The notes under the pieces were generated by a model. That model did no database searches. It was not told the DNA's origin and saw only the letters and a program-made list of their open reading frames with translations. A program made the position numbers and the translations under genes. From Laetmonice hystrix (lineage: Eukaryota), in contig OZ249445.1 of NCBI GenBank assembly GCA_965235115.1, forward strand, positions 20,150,001 to 20,214,000: DNA of 64,000 bases. Reading direction: 5' to 3'. Positions 1 to 10,864 of the stretch are shown piece after piece. The stretch's first letter is position 1. The number at the start of each line of letters is the position of its first letter.

Positions 1-33
1 TTCTTGCTTAAGTTCAGTAGAACTGAGCCCTAC

Positions 34-3000
34 CGTGGACCAGGTGGGAACAATCGTAAGGATTCGCAGAGACACTGGTCGAGGTATACCATCTTTGCCA
101 ATGAGTCGTACTTAACGGGTCCCTGAAATAAGGTTCCAGAGTATGTCAGGTATTCTCTTATAGTTTTGTAATGTTGTCTGCTCAGTAGACATCTCTGTGC
201 TGTTTTAATCGACAGTATGATACATAGTATCTTTCCTTTTACTGCAAGACTACATCCATTACGCAGCAGTAGACGGCCCCCAAAGGCAAATACAATATAT
301 TTCAGGGGGCAAGCCAGGGTTTGCTTTTGACCCGGAAGAGGTCCTCTAATTGCCTGTGACTCCTGACCTCCTTGCCGCAGACGTCATCGATCTCAGACAG
401 CAGACGATCCTGGGCGTTCTGGTTCACCGCCAGGCTGTAGAACAACATCGTCAGTCCGGTCGCCGTCGTGTCCATTCCAGCCATGAAGAAAAGGAACGCA
501 TTGCCCAGGATCTCATTCGTTGTCAATCCTACGGTGTATGAGTTATTTTTTTACCACCACCTCCGTTCTTTTAGAAACATTCTTTTGGGCCTTCACAGTT
601 GCCAATATAACTTTTCCATTCTAAAAATAACTGCTGATGACTGAATAAGGGACGATATAATAGATAAATGTCTATTTCTGTTTTGAGCACGTTATATTTG
701 ACTTGTTGAAATCTTTACCATCCATCTACGGTTCTGCAGAGCAATGCATTTCAAAACGAAACCTTTGCTCTTCTTTTTGCCATGCAACTTTTTTATTGGA
801 ATCTTTGCTTTGAGCTATCACCTTTAAGCTTTGTCTCGTCCACCTTCTCGTCTCCCCCACCGTCCACCTTTGTCTGCTCCCCATCTTGGTCCTCTGGACT
901 CTCAGGTTCAATGATGTTGTGTCCCTGTTGGGCCCTCACCATCAACTGGATAAAGTCTGTCCTCGACTGCGCAAAAAGGACGACACACGGGAACACATGT
1001 GGCTCCACTGACCAGACTGGCAACTAATGTTTTGTGATAATATATTGTGGAATAGCATAATGGTTTGCATTAAACGGAATATAACACGTCACCGACCTGG
1101 TCTTCATCTTTCTGACGTAGCTCCAGGGCTTGCTTAGTGACCTCGGTGAAGAAGGACACAACGTCATCGGCAATGAGCTTAATGCCAAATCTCCGAAGAA
1201 ACAGAGCCAATGACGGGTAGAAAACTTTTGGTACAAAAGAAAACAAAACCAGGCTAAACCTCCAATGTATGCAAAGTAAAAACTCAACCACTCCAGGGAC
1301 CTTCTTCCTTGAACATTAGACCTCTGTGACTATCTTTCTGGTGCGGTTATATTTTTACCGGATACTAACCCGTTCAGAATTTAAATACCACTCACATGAT
1401 ATGGCAAGCAAGGGATTTGTATCACTGAAATTGTCCAAAGCCTTCCTGGCCTTCGCCACAAACATGTTATCTTTGTCAGTTTGTGAGTCGACCCGCATGC
1501 CGAATGCCGTGCTTGAGATGACGTCCATGGTAAACGCCCCGGCACATCTGTATAGAGAAAACTCCTCAGTGGTCAGCACCTTACAACTTCACATCTCAAT
1601 TCAATACTCGTTAAATAAACGCACAACCAGCAATTTCAATGATAAAAATGACAACTCCAACTGACTCTTTCATGTCAAACTCCTTCCCAGTTTGTGCCTC
1701 CTTTGCCAAGTTCTTTGCCAGCTGCTCCCCACATCGGTTGACCTCGGCCACCATCTGCAAACATTAGGGGACCTATATTTTAACCCCTACTCCCATTCTG
1801 GGGGGGGGGGGGGCAGAAACAAGTTTACCACATGTTTTAAAAAGAGTTCTACAAAAGCTACCACATGATTCTGTTCCTGAACATTTAAAAGGTTACGATA
1901 CTTGCTCTTTTCAGTTTTCCTGTGGAGAAGGTGGGTGACATGTTGTTGCGGACATGTCTCCAATGGTTGTCTTTGATGACTGTCAGCATGGTGTCGACCA
2001 CTTCATTCCCCAACACGAACAACTAGAGCCGAGCCGGAGATACCGTTTTAGAATAAATTCAAATTAGCGTAGGATCCTTTGTGACTGACGTCAGATTTCG
2101 GAATATAGGAATTTTGAGTTTAGGAGCGGGAACCCATTTTTAGAATCATTCAGATATTAAGGAATTTCGAGGAAATGGGAAGAAAACTGTGGAAGAGGTT
2201 TCTTGTACACGAGGTCATCATTCATGACTCTTAGAAAGATCCTATCTTTGAAATTACGGTTGTTTTAATGAATGAAACTATATATTCATTCCCTCTCTGC
2301 CCTCCATATATTGAAACGAATCTATCTAAATGTCTTAGGAAACTGAAGCAATAAACTCTAGCATCCTACCCTTCTATTGGTGAAGTTTGGGAAGTCCTTG
2401 ACCATCACTTGTGACAAAATCTCTTCGTCAAATATCACCAAATCAGGAGTTCGGCCAGAGAACGTTCTACACAAAGAATTCAGGATCTTGTACAGGCCTA
2501 CATATTTGATATTACTTGTTGGGAAAAATCCTTTTCCGAGACCCGATATTTCATAATTTAGGGAATTATCTCCCACACCATCACGTTCTTTCCCTACGGA
2601 CCTTTGACAAAGCAAGCCGGACTGAGCAACCCTATTTAATTTCACTCTCCGACATATTTCCTGAGACTGAGGCCTAACTATCATATTCACCAATACCATA
2701 CTTGTAACTAAAAAAATAGATACATTTTATAACTACTTACCCCACCACCTTACCATATTTTCTTAGTTCGGCATCGCCATCCTTGAAACCCTGAAAACAC
2801 ATTTTTACAGTATAAAAAACACAATTACATGTATTGAGTTAAGCTGGGTATGCATACGCCGATCCGACTCAACTCAAGCCGACTCAACTCAATCCAACTC
2901 AACTTGTTTGTATGGCCTGAAACCCACAGCATACCACCATGACCTGGCTCTGAGAAGGGGTTTCAAGGCATAAAAAAACGGCATAAAAAAGGACCAATCT

Positions 3001-4400
3001 GCCAGGAAGAGATGTCTAGACTTACAAAAATAACGTTTATACATCAGCTTGATCACATACCTTTTTCATCCACGACAACATCGTGCCAACAAAAGGGTAG
3101 GGAGTCGGCCCGGGAATACCCTGGGATCTGAAAACGTTGAAATTCCACGAGCCATATCTGCGAAAAGACAACTCTTTTTTTAAGTCATAAAGTCAATACA
3201 AGAGCATTGGCAAGATCTGACATGAAAGAAAGATATCATCAAGTAAACAACTTAACATGTTTAAACGTGTTATGTTTATATGGGGCAACGTACATTCTAG
3301 TGCCGATTATCTGGTGCCAAGACACACTGCAAGGTCCAAGGCAGCAGAACTTTTTTCTGGGGCAGCAGAACTTTTTTCAAGGAATCACGCCTTCTGATAA
3401 GGCTTTTCAGTTTCCCAGCTTGCTTGTTTTGGCTGAGGGAAATCTACAGGCCTTAACTCAACAACTACATATATTAATAGTAAACGACGTCACATTTCAG
3501 GCAGGTTACCAAAAAAAATCATGAATTCTACTTCTAAGTGAACAAAAAAAAAGCATGACTTCTACTTCTAAGTGAACAAACAAAAAAGCATGAATTCTAC
3601 TTCTAAGTAAAGTTTCAGTAATCTCACTCTGTAATGTAGCTGTGGTGGATCCAGAGGTCTTTCTTGACTGGTTTCCAATATGGGCTGCTAAGGGGGTCTG
3701 GGGCCCAGGGCAAGTTCCTCTAAAAATATTTTTTGAAAAATCGTAGTGCTTCATTGCGTTTTTGCAAGAAATTTACCGAAAATCAGACTGAAAATATAGC
3801 CTGGAAAATGTACGTTTTATTACATAATTGTGTAAAGACATTCTTGTTGTTGTTTTTGGGGGGAGTTTTGACTGGTTTCTGGAAAAAGGGTCCGAACCCC
3901 TCTGGATCTGCCCCTGTATAGCCTGTCCTATACGTGACATGTAGGATGGGCGGGGACTGAAAGGGTCTCAATCCACACATACAGGCTATTTGTACACGTT
4001 GCTGACACAGTTCACCCAGGGATATTCACAGTGGGGCAGCAATGGAATCCGCCACAGATTTACTGCGTTGTTCACGAAGGTCAACAACCTCAGTACTTAT
4101 GTCACATATATATGTAAGGAATCCTCTGTTGTATATATATAAAGTGTCTGGAATGTATGCGATCTGGTCAGCTTGTCTCTTTTGTCAATTATTAATTAGC
4201 CAGATAATTCAATCCCGCCAAATCACGGCACAATTTAATTTAAGGTCCACAGTACAAGTCTGACATGATTAATATCATAGACCTAGGTAATTAATAATAA
4301 GAGAAAATTGGCAAAGATTTACTTACATGAGAAGGGTCACGATGATGAAGAGTGACAACAAGAGCCATAACGGCACATCAACGAGTCCTAAAATCAGCAT
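34..4400 (-). CDS. Cytochrome P450, CYP3 clan (CYP3A-like); 3' part lies beyond the left edge
   Basis: Exons 5'->3': 4327-4400, 3061-3157, 2741-2790, 2370-2466, 1906-2022, 1666-1754, 1396-1547, 1097-1224, 822-966, 368-528, 34-122. All junctions are phase-compatible. The translation shows an N-terminal TM anchor (MLILGLVDVPLWLLLSLFIIVTLL), GIPGPTPYPFVG, WRHVRNNMSPTFSTGKLK, I-helix FFMAGMDTTA and K-helix ESLR. Early exon boundaries resemble CYP3A. The PERF and heme-Cys motifs are off-window. Confidence 0.95.
3525..3610. repeat. Short tandem repeat, ~35 bp x ~2.5
   Basis: Repeated aaaaaaa(g/t)catga(a/c)ttctacttctaagt. Confidence 0.8.
3638..3916. mobile_element. MITE-like element, GGCGGATCCAG-type termini
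   Basis: Left gtggtggatccagagg and right cctctggatctgcccctg are imperfect inverted termini around a non-coding interior with a G-run. Confidence 0.55.
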
Positions 4401-5203
4401 TGTGTCGTGTCAGCCGGACCGAACCAATCTGACCGAACTCTCTGTCAACCCCCAAACTGGCCGACCGCCGCTAGCCGACTGGCCACTACTATAGTGAGGT
4501 TTTGGACTTATACGTGTTGGTACAAACGCTCCGCCGATAATCTAGGTCAGATCTATCTGATTCAAAGCCAGGCTGTTTTTGCAATCATGCCGTCCACTTG
4601 TGCTCCTGATCCGACCCACATCTTAGGTTAACACATACAATATGTAGATCATACTTAGGCCTACTTGTTCAACAGCTTTATCAAAATACATCAATAATGT
4701 AATAAAAAAAATGGACCCAAAGGCCGGGTATAATAAATTGTACTCTAATCTCCTTAGAGAACGTCACAAGCTTATCAAAAATTAAAAACCTCAATGGTAA
4801 ATAACAGCTTTTCTCACTGGCATGAACCATTTATTTTAAAATGCATGTTAATATATTATATTATTATGTTGCAATAAAAACAAAGCATGAACACTAGATC
4901 ATGTACGTTTCAAGGATACACTGCGCAATTGGTCCCCAGATGGATTAAAATGAGCGGGAACCCTGTAAATGCACTTTGTCACTTCATTTAATAATATACC
5001 ACAGTCATAGACCAATGAGAGCATTAGGGATAGGCATTTTCTTCTTCGTTCATGTCGTCAATGGCCAGTAATAATAATCAATCATCTAAATTTTCTACAA
5101 CCACTCTCATATCTAAACACACTACTGAAAAAAACTAGCCATCCCTAGGTTTTTATAAGACCCCAGTGTGATAACGGTAGTAAGTGTCATTGCGCGTCTC
5201 CGA

Positions 5204-7558
5204 CTACTCCCACTCGAGGTCTAAGATTCCGTACTTGTCGCACAGTTTGTACAGACGCATTGTGGCGGCGAGGTTATCAAGGGAAAGTTGTATGACGTCA
5301 CTGTCCATGTCGGCCATAGTCAGCAATTCCTCGCGTGGGAACCCGAACGCTTCCGACAGGGCCAACGTGGAGTGACGTTCTGAGTGCAGAAATCAAGCAC
5401 AACTAACATTTAATGGGAAATATCATGCATTTTTCCTTCCTTTTAAATATAATTATTATTCCTATTATTAGCATAAGAATACATTGGCCCAATATGTAAA
5501 AAACCCAGCTAGCCTTCGTTCGTAGAGAGCTCAAATCTGTGGTCAAGTGGAAGAAGTAATTCTACCTGACAACAGCTTAGCAGCGTCCTCTGCTTCCCCT
5601 TTTACCGGAAAGTGAACGTTGCGTTCTTTCCAGACTTTTTCCACGAACTCATTCCGAGAGGCGCGATCCTGAAGGTTCTCCAGGAAGGCGCGCGTCTCTC
5701 CGGCGTCTGTGTTGTCCAGGGGGGTTAAAGGGTAGTCAGTAGTGTCCATCCACGTCAACAGTTCCATGGCCATCTCACCGACCTGGTCAGGGTGTGATCA
5801 GATCCGTCACAATCTACTATTGGCAGACGACCCATGGCGAAAAATGTCAAGACAACGGAAGCAAAAGCCTTCTTCTTTCGGTATCGTCGTGGGGATTACA
5901 AAAGGTTTGACATTAGCATTGGCAGATCGAGTGTCGTGAAAGTGTTTTGGGGACTTCGGATTCCCTAGTGCATTGCCTAGACAAAGAAGGGTCTACTCGC
6001 CTCAAACATGACATCGAGGCTTCCGTTGACTCGTGCCTCGTTGACGAAGCTGTCGACAAAGTCATCCATGGGTGAGAAAGGGATGCCCAGCATCCGCGAG
6101 AGGAAAGTCAGACTGGGCGAATCTTCACATCAACACATACACACAGCATTTTTAAACGGGTACTTTAATTATACTTGCCATCATTAGTTTTACGATCACT
6201 TAATCACTGTAAATATATGGAGGGCTTATTACCTTAATTGCTATGTTAAACAAGGAAACCAGAAGTTGGCCAGATATTTTCGTGGTGTTGAATATTTACT
6301 GATTTGCATGATACTATTTACAGTATTCCATTATTTCGCTCATTCTCCATTTACCTGCTATTCCCAACTTTTACAGTATTTCACTGAAATCTTGAAAAGG
6401 TGACTAATTTTGCCTGAAAATAACCCCCCCCCCTCAAAAAAAAAAATCCAAACCATTGCATCGCTTCCTTCAACTGACTGTCTTCATTAACGTTTCTCTC
6501 CTTAAGTTGAATATGTGTGTGCTACTCACGGCAGACCATTGTAGCGAGTTCTCCCTGCTGTCCGGGATCAAACAGGTCCAAATGGAGGCTGTGACCCAGG
6601 TCAACCAGTCCCTGTCGTGTCGCGCCGCGATCTTCGCCCGCCTCCAACAGCCACAACAAGTAGTTGTGATCCTGGCCAACAGTACCGGGGTCGTCAGGTA
6701 TAGACATTGGAAGACATAGGTAAGGTTGTGCCTTGACTCGAGGTACACACAAGGACATGGGGAGGTGTCGTTAAAAGTGGTCTCAATGAGGAAATACTGA
6801 TCTAGCAAATGGTATCTCGACCAGGAAATGATCTTTCCTGGTAAGGTCGTTTGTAATCACTCAAAAATCAACCAGAAAATTAGAACCACAGGTTTATAGA
6901 TGAACCCGATAGATTTCAATATTAGAGAGATAGAGAAATAAAGGACCGCTGCCTGTCTTAAGTGAACCTGAGAGATTTCAATATTAGAGAGATAGAGAAA
7001 TAAAGGACCGTTGCCTGTCTTAACCGAACCTGATAGATTTCAATATTAGAGATATCATGAAATAAAGAACTGTTGCCTGTCTCAATAAACCTGATAGATT
7101 TCAATATTTGAGATATCGTTAAATAAAGGACTGTTGTTACCTTGGTTTTGGAGACGAAGCGGCTGAACGCCTGGGCTAGTTTCTCATCACAGTCCTCACC
7201 ATTGTGTGGCCGCCCCCCTGTGGTACAAGAGGCGGGGGGGGGGGGGGGGAAGGGGGGTTAACTCTGTTCACTTCACCAACACGCACGTTCAAATTACACA
7301 CACTATCCTCTCCCATGACATCTATCTCTATGTCATAATCAGTTTTTTTTACAACAGGCATCAGAAGAATCAAGCACCTGACAAAATATGATTGGCCTCA
7401 ACACATCGGTATCAAAGCTTCAATGATACCTTATCATCTGCCACTTTACTTTTGTACCACTCTGTATATCTCTGTCGTATACAAGCTGTGAAAAACTTAC
7501 CTGAGGAAAGAAAATATCCACAAAAGAAAAACACGAAACAGGTTTGCGTGGTCCACAT
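5204..7558 (-). CDS. Uncharacterised secreted protein, paralog A (263 aa, 6 coding exons)
   Basis: Exons 7501-7558 (MWTTQTCFVFFFCGYFLSS, signal-like), 7141-7217, 6530-6671, 6001-6122, 5566-5782, 5204-5379. Total 792 nt, phases 1,0,1,0,1, open to TAG. Colinear homology with paralog B supports every exon. Intron 4 has a GC donor. Minus-strand AATAAA at 4830-4835. Confidence 0.8.
6900..7135. repeat. Minisatellite ~62 bp x ~4 in intron 2 of paralog A
   Basis: Unit gatagatttcaatattagagagatagagaaataaaggaccgctgcctgtcttaagtgaacct starting near 6908, 6970, 7032 and 7093. Confidence 0.9.
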
Positions 7559-8836
7559 TGATAGTGCTCCCTGGGCGGTCGCAAGGATATGGCCAGTGTC
7601 TCCTACCACGCCACATATGTCCCGTTAGGTCACGATCTTCAAACTGGGACCCTAGCCAACCGCTTTCATTCCATTTAATTGTAGACAATCACTAAATCCG
7701 GGTGCAACTCTTCCATGACCTCCATTTTTTTTAATAGGGGAATTAACATTAAAGCTTACTCAGGTCATTAGTATATTGTCAATAGGGGGAGATACGCAAC
7801 ACTCCTGTTTGGTTTTGTCATCCATAATAAAGACTATGCTGTTAGGCCACGGTAATATTAAAGTTTACTTTTAACAATTTGGAAGAGAAATGTATGTATG
7901 AGCCTAAGTTAATATATAGTCCCGCTTATATGTATACACATATACGTATGTACGTAGGTAGGTCGGTCAAGTAGGTAGGTAAGTAGGCAGGTAGGTAAGT
8001 AGATATGCCTAATGCATGAGGCCATATAGCTTAAGTATGCCTTAGAAACTTGGATACCAGGCGTAGGTGTGGAGTGTGTAAATGTAATAATATAATAATT
8101 CTGTTTATTTGCTATTGGATAGCTAACGTTGCTATGTACAGTGTTGTCTTTGTACAGGTCCTGTTCATAGCATCATTTCTACATGCCATTGATCTATGAT
8201 TAAATCCGTGCAGTATATCCTGACTGCAGCGCGAGACGTTCACAAACGGGTAATGTCTCCATGTCCATATACTTGCACGCATGTCACATACGTATTCCTT
8301 TTCGTCATTCCCTCGGTAACGATTACGTTCAAAAGACACTTGAAGTCTCTTTGAGCCTTCCCAATTCATGAATAGGTTCAGAATCCACAAAAGAAGCACG
8401 CTTCAGTGGTTTCTTTAAAAAAATCAGTAAGAATTTTGCAGTACCTAAAGATCTCACCCCAGCAAGTTGTAGATCGATCTCAGTGATTTCTATACATTAC
8501 ATATAGCCTGACCAGGGTGGATATACAGCAGGCATGTTTCTATTATATTCCCGTGAGGGAACTAGGGTATATGACTTCCCCATCATTGATATATATCCAG
8601 GCGGTGTATGTGTATAAAGTTTCCCCTCACTAGGACAATACATGAAATATTGATATGTAAAAATGGTAGAAACACTTCAAAGTTTATACTTCAAAATGTG
8701 TCATCTTATGAATCAGTCCAGAGTAGTATCTATCTATGAAAGTCAACAGGACAAATCAAACATCCCACTTTAACACCATTAATCTATTCGGCCCACCTTA
8801 TTTCTACAGTGTTCAATCAATAAATGTGTATCCCGG

Positions 8837-10864
8837 TTACTGTAAATCTAGAAGACCCAGTTTTTCAGCCACCCTGTAGAGCCGCAAGGCGGCGCGCACC
8901 CCCCGGATGTGACGTGCGATCCGCCGAGGGCGCATGTCCTTGGCGAACGCCCTCAGCCACACCTCGGGGATCTGGAGCCGGTCGGACAGTTGCTTCAGCG
9001 AGTCTGCCTCTGAAAACACGGAAAGTACGATAGACAATATGAGACCAGAAATATGTCCTGGAAGTCATGATAATGGGTGATTCTTTACTGGGTACTAAAC
9101 AACGTACTAAACAAAAAAGGCGTATTTGCTTTACTGTTGCAGCTTATACAATCTATATTTCCAAGATTCGCACATTCCCAAGGCCTATAACTTTGCTAAA
9201 AGAAACAAACTCGTAAATCAAATTTCGTTACCTGTTAACACCTTTGCCACAAACGCCGGTTCGTAGGCCAGCGGGAACAACTCTTCCCGTAACGCGATAC
9301 GAACGCGCGGGTCTGACGTCAGTTCTTCCTGGACGTGTTCTAGAAACTTCTCCGTCTCCCGTCTCCCAGCATGCTGTAGTGGGGCCACTGGATATCCGGT
9401 TTGGAGAGTCCACTCTAACAGTTCGATGGCGATTTGTCCCACCTACATCATGGAAAACGGCGCATGATATTTATATACAGAGGCAATAAACCAACAGCAG
9501 AATAATGATATTACGAAATGTATGGCGACAGGTCTCTTTCTCTACGTGGTACCGGTATGTAGGCCCAGCTCATTCGGTAAAAACAGGGGTGGGTTGGTGG
9601 TTTTTACGTCCTGTCACTAAATGTTGGCTTTCTTCAGGACTTTGTCATTTTCTCTCTCCGGTGATGATAAAGGACTAGGAGAACCCTTTCCTTACACACC
9701 CGGCCTTTGAAACCCCATTAGGCAGAACTGGGCGAGAAGGCGGTGCCAACAGCATGGTCAATTGTAAGGCCAATCGAAAAATAGTTGTTTTTTTTTTCGT
9801 TTAACACAAATTACGACTTCAGTTGGGGATATTATCTTCATATTGACCTTTACCAACTATGATGAACTGAATCTGTCAAGAAATGTTTTAGACGTTCTGA
9901 CTTCTCAAAGCGCGACCCTACCTTTTTGAACGACCGCAGTCGGCCATATGTTTTCACTGGGAGAATATAATCTTCGTAAAACTGGTCCACTTGAAGAATA
10001 TCAACCCGCAGCGTGTAGGAAAGGAAGGCACGACTTCTCGAATCTGGAACACATTAAACCAATCGCATTTGTCCGTAAACAAGGGGCGACAGACCACCAG
10101 GCCCCCTACTGCGGCCCACAGTGTTTTGATCTTTACGTTGTGCATAAGCTCACTTGGTAACACCAGCGTTATTTCCTATATGTAGGATTACAGCAGAAAA
10201 TATTTCTAACACAGAATTAGGGAATTCAGAATTAACAATAATGAAAAGGAAACAAAATATATGTGTGAAATAAAGTGCCCATACGTACGGCAGAGTTTCT
10301 GAGCCAGTTTCTTGACATCGTTTGGATTGTGAAGGTCAAAGCCAATGTAAGCGCCCAAGTTGTCTATCGTTCTTCGGTTGACTGGGTGTGGAAGGTCCAT
10401 TACATTCAGCAGATAGTTGCGGGTTTTGCAGGTTTTAACAAACTTCACCATGGCATACTCAAGTTTTTGACAGTCCTTGTTCACCCGGCTATCTAATAAC
10501 ATATAAATGGAAACGAACATGGCCACCTTCCCAACCTTAGGTGACTTTGGAAATGGGAAACGAGCTATGGAAAGTTGACACCAGGAATGCACAGAAGCAA
10601 AGTATACACATACATGGGTATCTGTAACGGAGAGGCGCAGCCCCCCCCCCCCCCCCAACACACACACACTCCGACTTTTTGGTATTAGACCTTTTCCTTG
10701 TTTACAGTTCCCCCCCCCCCTCCCCCACCTTGAGCAATCCCTGACATACATATTACACACTACGATATATGTAATCAGACAGACCACTTACCTGGTTGCC
10801 AGGTGTAAGAGACCGACACCCCACAAAGGATACAGGTTGCATACAACCAAAGCCGCCCGTCCAT
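8837..10864 (-). CDS. Uncharacterised secreted protein, paralog B (260 aa, 5 coding exons)
   Basis: Exons 10792-10864 (MDGRLWLYATCILCGVSVSYTWQP, signal-like), 10289-10492, 9922-10043, 9232-9442, 8837-9009. Total 783 nt, GT-AG introns, open to TAA. Its 122-nt exon matches the 122-nt exon of paralog A, and both start ATTCG. An upstream acceptor at 10564 is an in-frame alternative. Confidence 0.82.

Noticed and set aside
34-4400. Calling the P450 thromboxane-A synthase or a specific CYP3A
   Set aside because: The I-helix Thr is retained and orthology cannot be set without a phylogeny, so the symbol is left blank.
6470-6837. 112-aa Cys/Trp-rich ORF as exon of paralog A
   Set aside because: Wrong frame. 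The overlapping DHNYLL frame is the one homologous to paralog B and phase-compatible.
10206-10787. 193-aa single-exon ORF
   Set aside because: Only 10289-10492 aligns with paralog A; the rest is intronic read-through including G-runs.
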